The notes below the pieces were generated by a model, which was not told the origin of the DNA, ran no database searches, and saw nothing but the letters and a program-made list of their open reading frames with translations. DNA of 64,000 bases from an uncultured bacterium (GTDB lineage Bacteria; Bacillota_I; Bacilli_A; RF39; UBA660). The stretch is from NCBI GenBank assembly GCA_948433885.1, contig CAOJEC010000002.1:8976-72975 (forward strand). Direction: 5' to 3'. The position numbers and the translations under genes were made by a program. Shown here piece by piece: positions 52,301-62,100 of this stretch (position 1 is its first letter; each line of letters begins with the position of its first letter).

Positions 52301-52608
52301 TTGGACGAATTGACGAAAATATAGAAACGTATATGTATGAAAGATGTGTCGAAGAACTTTTAAAATCTCTCAAAATAAAAAATATTATACAAATTCAAAA
52401 GAAGATTACAGTAGTTCTTCCCGAAGAAATATCAAATCTTATCGATGGGGAAAAGTTGTTTTTACAAAGTTACAACATATGTCCAAAATTTGAGATCAGT
52501 TATAAAAGTAAAGAAATACGAATCACCTTGAACACGAATCTCATAAAAAAGAACTATATCTACTACATTTATGAACTTTTAGATACAATTAATCAACAAA
52601 TAAAATGA
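49390..52608 (+). CDS. mfd: Transcription-repair coupling factor
   Basis: CarD/RID region (HEQHGIG), SF2 helicase motifs (GDVGYGKTEVA, DEEQRFG) and a TRG-like region. Confidence 0.95.
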   Translation: MKIITDKFRYKKDHNVYGLTKELITLYISNYFEENDENVLILTSTLYEANNIYKALQAYTSDVLFFPMDDFLASVALAISPDLKIKRLETLEKLLNEKKKHLVVTSLMGYLKFLPNKEEQHSLVIDTLSQNISREIILNKLEDFGYNRESLVTTTGEYAVRGYIVDVYPVDREKPVRIEFFGDEVESIKEFDENTQRTTTTIERFEIKKFNETISTDANSLLDYMNDRTVFIIDEQRVCTSYKNLQEEMLEYCTSKEIPVSTKFMFGMEEIAINKVYKIETLNTIEDPKSLIYVSKEMENFGGNLENLDTFVKRMLEKSTIIFALENTKQINEIKSLFDDALITNEEHIHLRKINIIEKKMNHGFAFENILVITPYDIDKSTRTDVKYKNTIKIGRKVKTYTELANGDYIVHEQHGIGIYRGLKAIKNGEFVKDYIELEYEGKDKVYLPIDKIDRLYKYSSSVGKAPKLNKLNSTAWAKKKNETRKRIRDISGELLELYSSRQKVIGPAFADFDEEIAFAFDFPYALTDDQEKTIKEIDYDLKSPAPMDRLLCGDVGYGKTEVAFRAMFKTVINGFQVSYLCPTTILSKQQYTSALERFKRFPIRIELLNRHISTAKVNKILKELAEGKIDIVIGTHKLLNDKIEYKNLGLLVIDEEQRFGVSHKEKIKKMKNDINVLTLSATPIPRTLKMAMSGLRSLSVLDTPPVNRYPIQTYVIEENDLIMKDAIYKEMTRSGQVFLLINRIDELSSYKTKIQKLIPEARIVCGHGQMTSEELNDIMESFIRGEHDILICTTIIETGIDIANVNTIIILDADHFGLSQLYQIRGRVGRSDKIAYAYLMYKPARLLTETATKRLESIKEFTELGSGYKIAMRDLAIRGAGDLLGSEQAGFIEAVGLDLYTKMVNEEMNRLEGNFVEETEDSTSTFNTNTHIEDEYVEDESIKIEIHKLINTIKTKTDLLKVKNELIDRFGRIDENIETYMYERCVEELLKSLKIKNIIQIQKKITVVLPEEISNLIDGEKLFLQSYNICPKFEISYKSKEIRITLNTNLIKKNYIYYIYELLDTINQQIK
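49782..49797. promoter_or_regulatory. NBS palindrome 4, inside the mfd coding sequence
   Basis: TATTTCCCGGGAAATA is perfect and encodes ...NISREII... Confidence 0.7.
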
Positions 52609-52643
52609 GTATAAAAAAACCGAATTGATTTAAAATAATACTG

Positions 52644-53165
52644 GTGATAATTTTGGCACAAAATAGTAATATAAGAAGAATAGACGAATTAGGTAGAATT
52701 GTCATACCTAAAGATATAAGAAAAAAACTCCACATAAAGGACAGTGAACCACTAGAAATATTTATCGAAGGTGATGAAATCCACATCAAAAAGTACTCTT
52801 CATTGCCCGACATAGTCGAATATGTAAATTTTCTTTTCGATACAAGTTCTAGAATCACCGGTAACGAATATATTTTGACGACGAGAGAAAAAGTTCTTCT
52901 ATCTACCGACCCAGACTACAAAGAAAAAGCATTACAAGAGGAATTGAAAAAAATGGTTCTCTCGTGTACAGAAATGAAAAATGAACAAATCGAATACTTA
53001 CTAGAAGATTCGATATTGAAAGGCAATGCTAACATCGTACCTATAATAGTCGACAACGATCGTTCAGGTCTTTTGATCGAATATAACAAGGATCGTGCTC
53101 CAGGCAATATGGACACTGTCAAAATATATGCGAACCTGATAGAAAATCGATTAAACTGCTATTGA
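52644..53165 (+). CDS. spoVT: Stage V sporulation protein T (AbrB-type N-domain plus GAF-like C-domain)
   Basis: RRIDELGRIVIPKDIRKKLHIKDSEPLEIF is a SpoVT/AbrB swapped-hairpin motif. The ~173-aa size and the position after mfd match B. subtilis. Confidence 0.85.
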   Translation: MIILAQNSNIRRIDELGRIVIPKDIRKKLHIKDSEPLEIFIEGDEIHIKKYSSLPDIVEYVNFLFDTSSRITGNEYILTTREKVLLSTDPDYKEKALQEELKKMVLSCTEMKNEQIEYLLEDSILKGNANIVPIIVDNDRSGLLIEYNKDRAPGNMDTVKIYANLIENRLNCY

Positions 53166-53197
53166 TAAAAAAAAGATGATGTGTTATCATTGTCATA

Positions 53198-53393
53198 TTG
53201 AACGGCGAAGAAAAGAGTAAATTTTGAGAAGTGCATAGAGAGCTATTGGACGGTGTAAAATAGTGACTAATCGACATTGAACATGGTTTTGGAGTTCAAA
53301 CGTATACCTGCGTTAAAGGATAAAGAGCATGATAATCATGAATTAAGGTGGTACCGCGGGAGTGTTCTCGTCCTTAAATTCATGATTTTTTTA
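53198..53393 (+). promoter_or_regulatory. T-box riboswitch leader (Met specifier) controlling metG
   Basis: The Stem I base is TTGAAC...GTTCAA, with an AGAGAG element. The candidate specifier AUG is at 53283-53285. The T-box sequence AATTAAGGTGGTACCGCGGG is at 53341-53360. The terminator arms are 53335-53348 and 53372-53386, followed by T7. Confidence 0.85.
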
Positions 53394-53413
53394 TTTAGAA
53401 AGAAGGAACTTTT

Positions 53414-54946
53414 ATGGAAAAAAAGTATTACATTACGACCCCAATTTATTATCCATCGGCTAATTTTCACATAGGGCATTGTTACAGTACGATAATCGCC
53501 GACTCACTTGCACGCTATAAAAGACTAGATGGATACGACACTTATTTTTTGACAGGGAGTGATGAACACGGACAAAAAATAGAGAAGAAAGCTGAAGAAG
53601 CAGGTGTTGCACCAAAAGAGTATGTCGATAAAATCGTCGAAAATGCCAAAGATTTATGGAATAGTCTTGGCATAACTTATGATCGTTTCATCAGAACGAC
53701 CGATACTGACCATGTAGAAATAGTTGGAAACATTTTTAAAAAACTCTACGATCAGGATGATATATACAAAGGTACATACAAGGGATTATATTGTACACCG
53801 TGCGAATCTTTTTGGACTGAAACACAAGCCAAAGATGGCAAATGTCCCGACTGTGGACGCGAAGTTCATGAAGTAAGTGAAGAAGCCTATTTTTTAAAAC
53901 TATCAAAATACCAAAAAAGATTAGAAGAATATATCGAAACACATCCGAGCTTCATTCAACCTGAATCTCGTAAAAACGAAATGTTGAATAATTTTATCAA
54001 ACCTGGACTAGAAGACCTGTGTGTGTCTAGAACGAGTTTCAAATGGGGAATCCCAGTAACTTTCGATCCAGAACACGTCGTCTACGTTTGGCTCGATGCT
54101 CTATCTAACTATATTACGGCGTTAGGATATTCGACCGATAAAGATGAAAAATTCAAAAAGTTTTGGCCTGCCGACGTTCACATTGTTGGAAAAGAAATAG
54201 TTCGTTTTCATACGATCATATGGCCTATCATTTTGATGGCTCTCGATTTACCATTACCTGAAAAAGTATTTGGTCATGGGTGGCTCGTTATCGAAGGAAA
54301 CAAGATATCGAAAAGTCTCGGAAATTACAAGGATCCACGAGATTATATCGATAAATATGGAGTAGACCCAGTAAGATACTTCGTGTTAAGAGAAATACCT
54401 TTCGGCAATGATGGAAACTTCTCAGAAGAAGCACTTATCAATAGAACGAATAGCGATCTAGCCAACATTTGGGGTAATCTCGTTAATAGAACAATAGGCA
54501 TGGCCAATAAATATTTCGAAGGACAAATTGAAAACACTGAACAAGTCGAAGATGCTGATAAAGAATTACGAGAAAAATTATGTACTTTAAAAGCGAACAT
54601 TGATGAAAAAATCGATCATTTGCAAGTTTCAAAAGCTTTAGAGGAAATCTTCGAAGTATTGAGATTATCCAATAAATACATAGATGACACTGCCCCTTGG
54701 ATTTTGGCAAAAGATGAGACAAAAAAAACACGTTTACAAACGGTTCTCTACAATCTATTAGAAGCAATTCGTATTGCTGCCATACTTCTCAAAGCGTTTG
54801 TTCCAACAAGTGCTGAGGATGTTTTGAAACAGATCGGCAAAAACCAAGGTGATTTTCAAAATGCAACATACATCGAAAATGGAACATACTCAGTGACAAA
54901 AGAACCGCACCCTCTTTTTCAAAGAATAGAACTCCCTAATGAATAA
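53414..54946 (+). CDS. metG: Methionyl-tRNA synthetase (short form)
   Basis: HIGH (ANFHIGH), a KMSKS variant (KISKS) and a Zn knuckle (CTPCE...CPDCG). Confidence 0.95.
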   Translation: MEKKYYITTPIYYPSANFHIGHCYSTIIADSLARYKRLDGYDTYFLTGSDEHGQKIEKKAEEAGVAPKEYVDKIVENAKDLWNSLGITYDRFIRTTDTDHVEIVGNIFKKLYDQDDIYKGTYKGLYCTPCESFWTETQAKDGKCPDCGREVHEVSEEAYFLKLSKYQKRLEEYIETHPSFIQPESRKNEMLNNFIKPGLEDLCVSRTSFKWGIPVTFDPEHVVYVWLDALSNYITALGYSTDKDEKFKKFWPADVHIVGKEIVRFHTIIWPIILMALDLPLPEKVFGHGWLVIEGNKISKSLGNYKDPRDYIDKYGVDPVRYFVLREIPFGNDGNFSEEALINRTNSDLANIWGNLVNRTIGMANKYFEGQIENTEQVEDADKELREKLCTLKANIDEKIDHLQVSKALEEIFEVLRLSNKYIDDTAPWILAKDETKKTRLQTVLYNLLEAIRIAAILLKAFVPTSAEDVLKQIGKNQGDFQNATYIENGTYSVTKEPHPLFQRIELPNE

Positions 54947-54970
54947 AGATATCTTCGTAGATATCTTTTT
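54945..54970 (+). terminator. metG terminator
   Basis: 10-bp stem AAAGATATCT / AGATATCTTT with a 4-nt loop, followed by a T-run. Confidence 0.7.
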
Positions 54971-54972
54971 AA

Positions 54973-54992
54973 ATTATTTCCCGGGAAATAAT
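54973..54992. promoter_or_regulatory. NBS palindrome 5
   Basis: ATTATTTCCCGGGAAATAAT is a perfect 20-bp palindrome identical to copy 1. Confidence 0.75.
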
Positions 54993-55042
54993 CTCTTTAC
55001 TTTTTATTGGTACATCATTATAATTGTCGATAGGTGATACAA

Positions 55043-55789
55043 ATGTTTACGGATACACATTGTCATATCTTAAAAGAATACTATGAAAATATCGAGGAAA
55101 TAATAGATCGAGCAAAAAAAAATGGCATCATGAAAATGATAGTGAACGGCATCGATAGAAAATCTAACGAAGAAGTCTTAGAACTACAAAAAAAATACGA
55201 TTGCATATATGCCGCTATAGGTTTTCATCCAGAAAATATATCGGACTTTCAAGAAAACGACTTGCAACAAATTGAAAATAATATCTCTTCAATAGTAGCA
55301 ATCGGAGAAATCGGTTTGGACTATCACTATGAGCCGTGCGATAAAGAAGCCCAACAAAATCTATTTGAATCACAATTACAACTTGCAGAAAAGTATCACA
55401 AACCGGTCATAATCCACTCACGTGATGCTACACAAGATACCATAAATATATTGAAACGTCATCCAAATGTGAAAGGATGCCTACATTGTTTCAGTGGAAG
55501 CCTCGAAACTGCCAAAATTTATGTTTCCATGGGTTTTAAATTGGGCTTTGGGGGAGTAATCACTTTCAAAAATGCCAAACTTAAGGAAATAATTAAAGCA
55601 GTACCATTGGACACCTTATTATTGGAAACTGACTCACCTTATCTTTCACCTGAACCAAAAAGAGGAACGAAAAATGAACCTGCCAACATACGACACATCG
55701 CCAATTTTATCGCAGACGAATTGAAACTAGATATAAGAGAACTATCCGAAGTCACTGAAGCAAATGTAAAAGCACTTTTTGACATTTGA
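55043..55789 (+). CDS. tatD: TatD-family metal-dependent hydrolase
   Basis: N-terminus MFTDTHCHI. EIGLDYH and HSRDA motifs. Confidence 0.9.
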   Translation: MFTDTHCHILKEYYENIEEIIDRAKKNGIMKMIVNGIDRKSNEEVLELQKKYDCIYAAIGFHPENISDFQENDLQQIENNISSIVAIGEIGLDYHYEPCDKEAQQNLFESQLQLAEKYHKPVIIHSRDATQDTINILKRHPNVKGCLHCFSGSLETAKIYVSMGFKLGFGGVITFKNAKLKEIIKAVPLDTLLLETDSPYLSPEPKRGTKNEPANIRHIANFIADELKLDIRELSEVTEANVKALFDI

Positions 55790-55832
55790 GGCAAACTGTG
55801 ATAAACTATTCATCATAAAGGAGCAGTAATGG

Positions 55833-56381
55833 ATGAAAAAAATGAAGACATTATATAGAGCCATATGCGTCACTTTAGTAATCGGAATTATTTTGAGCTT
55901 TCAAAATAGTTGCATCACAAGTGTAACGAGAGCAACTAACGACAATTTAAATAAGAATGTCGATTTGAACGCCATGGCTAAAGTTATTCAAAACTTCAGA
56001 AATGATGATCTGAATACTGTACTCGATACTTATTATGGAACTTTGACAGGATACGTTGCCGATTGTCCATTATGCACAGGTTATTTGGGCTGCACAGGTC
56101 AAAACGTTTTAGATAGAACTACTACATACGACGATCCACAATACGGAACAGTCCGTATAGTAGCATCTTCAACTAGCCTACCTTGTGGATCGATAGTCAG
56201 ATTCAAAAATTCAGTTTTATCTCCGACTGGTGAAATTACAGCAATCGTATTAGATCGCGGCGTTACAGGAACTAGTTTGGATCTATTAGTAGAATCTGTA
56301 GATACTGCGCTCACAAAAGTTGGAAGTAAAAAAATTAACTATGATATTTTGAGATTTGGATGGACTCGCGATCTTTCGTAA
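55833..56381 (+). CDS. Secreted 3D/RlpA-like (double-psi beta-barrel) domain protein
   Basis: Signal peptide. The C-terminal pattern TVRIVASS...GSIVRF...AIVLDRG resembles 3D-domain proteins. B. subtilis has yabE in this position. Confidence 0.5.
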   Translation: MKKMKTLYRAICVTLVIGIILSFQNSCITSVTRATNDNLNKNVDLNAMAKVIQNFRNDDLNTVLDTYYGTLTGYVADCPLCTGYLGCTGQNVLDRTTTYDDPQYGTVRIVASSTSLPCGSIVRFKNSVLSPTGEITAIVLDRGVTGTSLDLLVESVDTALTKVGSKKINYDILRFGWTRDLS

Positions 56382-56431
56382 GTCCTTTATTTATTTGTAC
56401 AATTATGGTATCATTGAGCAGGTGACCGAGA

Positions 56432-57223
56432 ATGGCAAAGTTTAAATTTAAAAAGAAATACGGACAAAACTTTCTAAAAAATGAAACAATTATCGATAAA
56501 ATTGTGTCATCAATAGATCCGCTTCCACAAGATATGATAATTGAAATTGGCCCAGGAAGTGGGGCACTAACTAGAAAACTGAAGAATTATGGCTGTCAGC
56601 TTATAGCTTTCGAAATAGATGAGGATACGAAACAGTATCTCTTGACTTTAGAAGACGATAAAACTAAAATAATATACGGTGACTTTTTAGAAAGTGATAT
56701 CACAAAGTTATTTAAGAAATATGATTATGAAAGACTTTTCATTTTGGGTAATCTACCATATTACATTACCACACCCATAATAGAACATATTATAGACTCG
56801 AAGATAAACCATGAAAGTTTAACTATAATGGTTCAAAAAGAAGTAGCCGAACGATTCTTGGCAAAACCTCACCATAAAGAATATGGGTATATGACTGTCC
56901 TATTAGAGTACCATTACGACATCGAAAAAATAATAGATGTCGATAGAAACGAGTTTTATCCTGTACCAAAAGTAGACAGTACAGTCATAAAACTTCGAAA
57001 GAAAAATTCGGAACCTGTAGATTACGAGTTTTTCAAAACCATATTAAAAGAGTCATTTCAATTCAAAAGAAAAACCATATACAATAATTTAAAAAAATAT
57101 GATAAATCGATATTAGAAAGAGTCCTAGAGAAACATGGAAATAAACTTAGCGATAGAGCTGAAGATCTACCTCTCGAGGCTTATATCGATCTATCGAAAT
57201 CACTAAACGAACTGGGGAATTAA
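56432..57223 (+). CDS. rsmA: 16S rRNA (adenine1518/1519-N6)-dimethyltransferase
   Basis: KKYGQNFL start, the SAM motif EIGPGSGALT and NLPY. Confidence 0.95.
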   Translation: MAKFKFKKKYGQNFLKNETIIDKIVSSIDPLPQDMIIEIGPGSGALTRKLKNYGCQLIAFEIDEDTKQYLLTLEDDKTKIIYGDFLESDITKLFKKYDYERLFILGNLPYYITTPIIEHIIDSKINHESLTIMVQKEVAERFLAKPHHKEYGYMTVLLEYHYDIEKIIDVDRNEFYPVPKVDSTVIKLRKKNSEPVDYEFFKTILKESFQFKRKTIYNNLKKYDKSILERVLEKHGNKLSDRAEDLPLEAYIDLSKSLNELGN

Positions 57224-57230
57224 AATTATT

Positions 57231-57983
57231 ATGAAAAACACAGCATACATAACAAAAGGTAAAACTACTTATATTAGTAAGCCAGATGTGATGATCGAAA
57301 GAAAATCACATCCAAAGATGAGAGAAATATTGACTACTGAAAACATGGTTCAAGAAATAAAACGGCTCTATCAAGAAAAAAATAAAAAATTAAAAAAAGT
57401 ACAAAAAACATTTAAAACGAATCTAAAAAATACTATATTGTATCCTGCAGTCTTTATGAGCGGACCTGTTCTAGTAACCATGATTTATATGGTAGCGTTG
57501 ATGTCTACAGGTAATAGTCTAACTCAAATAATCGATTATGCCTCGATAGAAGTTTTTTTGGCAATTTTTAAGTCAACTAGTAATTTATATACCATGATGG
57601 GACCACTGAGCATAATAACAGGAATTGGATACGGATTATCTACAATATTTTCAAAAAACACCTGCAAAAAACTCACTGTTACAACCGATTATTTAAATTA
57701 CTTGCTAAAAGAAACAGAAGATCAATTGGCGACACTTAAAGATCAAGAAGATTTACCGTACGAACCAGTAGAGATGGATAAAATTCAATCATTAACAACA
57801 GATGATGAAGAATTCAGAGAATCCATGGAAGATAGATTAGAATTAATCGAAAGATTAGTCGCAATAAGAAACACTCTCGACGAAGCAAGACTTGAAAGAG
57901 ATGGCTATTCCAAAGAAGAAATACAAGCAGCTAAAGATGCTCTTGCAAAAATACATACTTTCCAACCTGTCCAGAAGAACTGA
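57231..57983 (+). CDS. Hypothetical membrane protein with a C-terminal coiled-coil/acidic region
   Basis: ORF with two or three hydrophobic segments. I recognise no family. Confidence 0.5.
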   Translation: MKNTAYITKGKTTYISKPDVMIERKSHPKMREILTTENMVQEIKRLYQEKNKKLKKVQKTFKTNLKNTILYPAVFMSGPVLVTMIYMVALMSTGNSLTQIIDYASIEVFLAIFKSTSNLYTMMGPLSIITGIGYGLSTIFSKNTCKKLTVTTDYLNYLLKETEDQLATLKDQEDLPYEPVEMDKIQSLTTDDEEFRESMEDRLELIERLVAIRNTLDEARLERDGYSKEEIQAAKDALAKIHTFQPVQKN

Positions 57984-58038
57984 AAAGTTCTTTTTATTTT
58001 AAGTAATAATTTTGATGTGAATATAAATTTTAACTAGC

Positions 58039-58071
58039 CAGTCAGCCATGCAACAGTCAGCCATGCAACAG
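58039..58071. repeat. 15-bp direct tandem repeat, 2.2 copies, relatively GC-rich
   Basis: CAGTCAGCCATGCAA occurs twice, then CAG. It is intergenic, about 65 bp upstream of the HD-GYP gene. Confidence 0.8.
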
Positions 58072-58136
58072 AAAATTTATTGAATTAAGCAAATAAATAA
58101 CGTATAATAAAATTGATCGAACGATAAGGAGTATAC

Positions 58137-58829
58137 ATGAGCAAGTTTAAAAAATTTACCCAATTAAAAAAGAATAGTAAAGAGGAAGTTGATGCTTTAT
58201 ACGAAATACTAGGTATCGACAAAAAAGATAAAAATATAGAAAAAATCAATCCCGATATTCCGCGAATTGCTGAATTGTTAGAATGGAATGCAGAGATTGA
58301 AGCATTAGAAGAAGGAAAAGCAAGTGGTCATACACTTCGAGTAGCATACTTATCTAAAAAAATGGCTGAGGAACTAGGACTAGACGATGACGAAGTAAAA
58401 AATATCTACCTAGGAGCATTATTTCATGACACAGGAAAACATTTAATATCTCCGAAAATTTTAAGTAAGCCAGGCCCATTGACCGACGAAGAATACGAAA
58501 TTGTCAAAACACATGTTACTTTGGCAATAGATTTAGTTGAAGATGTCGTTCCAGTAGAATCACTTGCTATCATAAGGGGCCATCATGAAAGAATGGATGG
58601 AAGTGGATATCCTGATGGAATAGTCCCCACAAATATAGGAATTAAAATTCTCGGACTTGTCGATTCTTATGATGCAATGACATCCAACCGAGTGTACAAT
58701 ATACCAAAAAGTAAAGATGTTACATTTCAAGAATTAGAATGGTGCACTGTACCTCGTGAAAAAGGCGGAATGGGATATTTATATGATCCAAAACTAGTCG
58801 AAATATTAAAAAAAATTGTAGAAGAATAA
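58137..58829 (+). CDS. Stand-alone HD-GYP domain protein (putative c-di-GMP phosphodiesterase)
   Basis: HD motif (LFHDTGK) and HHERMDGSGYPDG. Confidence 0.85.
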   Translation: MSKFKKFTQLKKNSKEEVDALYEILGIDKKDKNIEKINPDIPRIAELLEWNAEIEALEEGKASGHTLRVAYLSKKMAEELGLDDDEVKNIYLGALFHDTGKHLISPKILSKPGPLTDEEYEIVKTHVTLAIDLVEDVVPVESLAIIRGHHERMDGSGYPDGIVPTNIGIKILGLVDSYDAMTSNRVYNIPKSKDVTFQELEWCTVPREKGGMGYLYDPKLVEILKKIVEE

Positions 58830-59124
58830 TTTGATTTACTGTTTTTATTGAAGATTTAAAACGTGGATAAAACATAATAAACTGTAACCTGCGTTTTTTT
58901 ATGTCCAAATATAATAAAATTTAAACAGCTTTTTTACTGAACTATTATTTTCGAAATTGCTATGTATTTTCGACAAAACACTATTTTTTGTCTCCTATAC
59001 AGGCAAAAGTGTACACAGTATAGTAAATCTTACGTAAATTAAAACGTAAATTGTTGCGACAACTTATGCTTTGCGGTATATTAATAGTGGCCTAACAAAA
59101 GAGACCACAATGATCGATTAGATA

Positions 59125-59152
59125 TTGCAATATTTTAAAAATATGGTATAAT
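59125..59152 (+). promoter_or_regulatory. Sigma-A promoter of the 1,581-aa gene
   Basis: TTGCAA (59125-59130), a 16-nt spacer, then TATAAT (59147-59152) preceded by an extended -10 TG element (TGgTATAAT). Confidence 0.55.
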
Positions 59153-59180
59153 ATCCAACCGAAAAAGGGGAAGTATTAAA

Positions 59181-62100
59181 ATGTTTAAGATAAATAAATA
59201 TAAAAGAAAAAAAATATTAAAAGCTTTGGGCATAGCAATTTGCTCATTGAGTGTTACAGTAGGACTATGTTTTTCATATAAATATGCTCTAGTCGAAAAC
59301 GAAACTGTGGACGTCGAGACAATACCATACTATAGTACAAAAATTAATGCAAACGTTAAAGATTTCAAGCAACAGTATCTCAGCGACTTAGTGCCGGTAG
59401 AAAAACATATTGGTTATAGAGACCTTGTCAATGATGCAGATGTTAGTGGAAATCCTATTACTTTAAAGGTAGAAAACAATTGGTTCACCTTCAAAAAAGG
59501 TATATTTGCACATGCAAAGTCTACTGTAATTTATGATATATCTGAATATGATGAGTATAATTATTTTGTCGCATTCATAGGTATAAATAAAACATCGAAC
59601 AAAGGTAATGGTGTAACATACCATTTCTATACTTCGAACGATAGAAAAACTTGGTCAGAAGTTGGCGAAGGAATTGCTAAAAAACCACAAGAAAATGCAA
59701 CATTTGTGGAAGTGCCATTGAACGGTGCTAAATACTTAAAGTTAGAAATTCACGACAATGGATCTAATGGTAATGACCACTCAGTTTTTGCGGATGCTAA
59801 ATTGGTAAACGAAGTAAATGGAAACTTTGTTTTAGAGACAGTTGAAGAACTTGATGAAGAAATAAAATCTAAATATAATGGACAAACTGAAGTTGAAGAA
59901 GAATTGGCGCATATCGTTTTAAAAAGAGAATTAGTAAAAAAAGTTGGACAATACACAATAAATTCTTTTTACAACGAAAACGAAGATAATGCCAACGTAC
60001 TAGATTGGCTATTTAACGACAAAACAGCAATGAGATATTACGTTTTAGGTGGATCACCTGAAGGAAATAGCTATTATAATTCTTTAACTCAATTATCTAG
60101 ATTATATAAAGAATACAAAAACGATTTCACAATACAGGAAACAACTAGGTACGATACTGTATTGGGTGACCTTTACATGAGAATGGCTATTGCGTTATCA
60201 CTGACTCATGCACAAACAGTAGGTTTATGGATGCAAGCTGGCGTAAAAGAAAACCAATCAGATGCAGTTGTAAGATATCAAATATATAAAGATTTACATA
60301 AAAACGATAAATTTAAAGTAACTGATACCATAGATATTACAAAATGGTTTGAAAAATACAATGTCGAAAATATGAGATTTGTAATGAATAACCTGATCGA
60401 TGATGAATCAATTTTATGGTTAAATGAATATGTCCAAAGTAAAATTGATGCTAATCCAAAAAATGCTTGGAACTTATTGACACCTCACCCATATATGGCT
60501 TATGTTTGGCCTAACTATAGCAATCACGTATATTATGATGATGAAAATTATGACTATTTTAACGATTTATTTTCAGTCAATGGAAAAAAATTATATGATT
60601 ACAATATAACTCGTGGAACTAATGAGAAAAAAATATACAAAGTTTGGATGAACTTCAGAAATAAATTTGGAACTGGAGCAGTGTGTGGTGGTATCTCCAA
60701 AACCGGGTCTAATATTCGTGCAACTCATGGAATTGCCGCAACAGTTATAGGGCAACCAGGACATGCTGCCATTTTATACTATACAGAAGATAGTCAAGGT
60801 AGAGGTTACTGGAACATCGATAACGATGTAAGTGGATGGACTTTATCAGAAAAAGGAGAAAGAATGCTTCTCGGATGGGGTAATGCAAGTTATTCTAGAG
60901 GATACTCAGTTGTTTATATGGCATTAGCTCAAGAAGCTTTGAATGATTATGAGAATTTTGAAAAAGCAGAAGAATTGAAAATGCTTGCAAGATCTTATGA
61001 TAACGATCCCGTCAAACAAGAAGCACTACTCAGAAAAGCATTAGAATATCAATCTATCAATATAGATGTATGGTACGATTTAATTCAACTTTACAACAAC
61101 AGTAATAAATCAGAAAATGAATATTACGAATTAGCTGAAGAAATAGCAGATAATTTAAAATATTTTCCACTACCAATGTACCATTTGACTAACTTGATTA
61201 AACCAAAACTGACTAGCATAGAAAACACATATAAATTCACGCTTTTACAAACTAGAACACTAAATATTGCTAAAGCAACACCTAACAACACAACTGATAG
61301 TTACACTGTCTATCAACCAAGTTTGACTAGATTAGAAGCAAACTATTTACTCGGTCATATCGATAGTTCAATCGCAACATTCTCATTCGATGGCTTCGAT
61401 GCAGGAAAAATCGTCCTATCCAGTAGATTCGATGGAAATGGTGTTCGTTGGGATTACAGTCTCGATGGAAAAAACACTTGGAATGAAGTTGCATTTACAG
61501 GAGAAGAAGAACATAAACTCCAACTAACTCCTGAAGAAATAGCTAGTATTACTGCCGAAAATGATATTTATGTTCATATAGTCGGAGTCAATTATGATGA
61601 AGAGAACCTATATAAAATAGATATTACAAAAGGAACATTGATTAATGAAATGTTCGCTAATGATTTAGAAAATAGAATTGTAGGAGTCAACTTGAATACA
61701 GAATGGCGCTACGACGAAAGTGAAGCATGGACTTCATATAAAGTTAGCTCACCTGATTTGACAGGAAACAAAACTATCCAAGTAAGACAAGCAGCAACTG
61801 GTACAGCCTTACCAAGTGATCCTTCAGAGATATATACATTCACTGAAGACAATCAACCGGATACTAGAAAATACATTTCCGTATCACACTTGACTATACA
61901 TGGAGTATCAACTGAAGCAGTTAACAATGGTGGTGCAGCAATAAAAGCTATAGACGGAAACTATAATACGAGATGGCATTCTGCTTGGAATGGAACTGAT
62001 ACAGAACGCTACATTATAATCAAACTTGATAAACCTGTTAATCTTTCAGCAGTAGAATTTGTTCCTGCTGGTGGAGGTAACGGAAAAATCTACGATGGAA

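Noticed and set aside
53277-53474. A 65-aa plus-strand ORF upstream of and overlapping the metG start
   Set aside because: It lies within the T-box leader (specifier loop, T-box sequence and terminator), so it is an RNA element rather than coding sequence.
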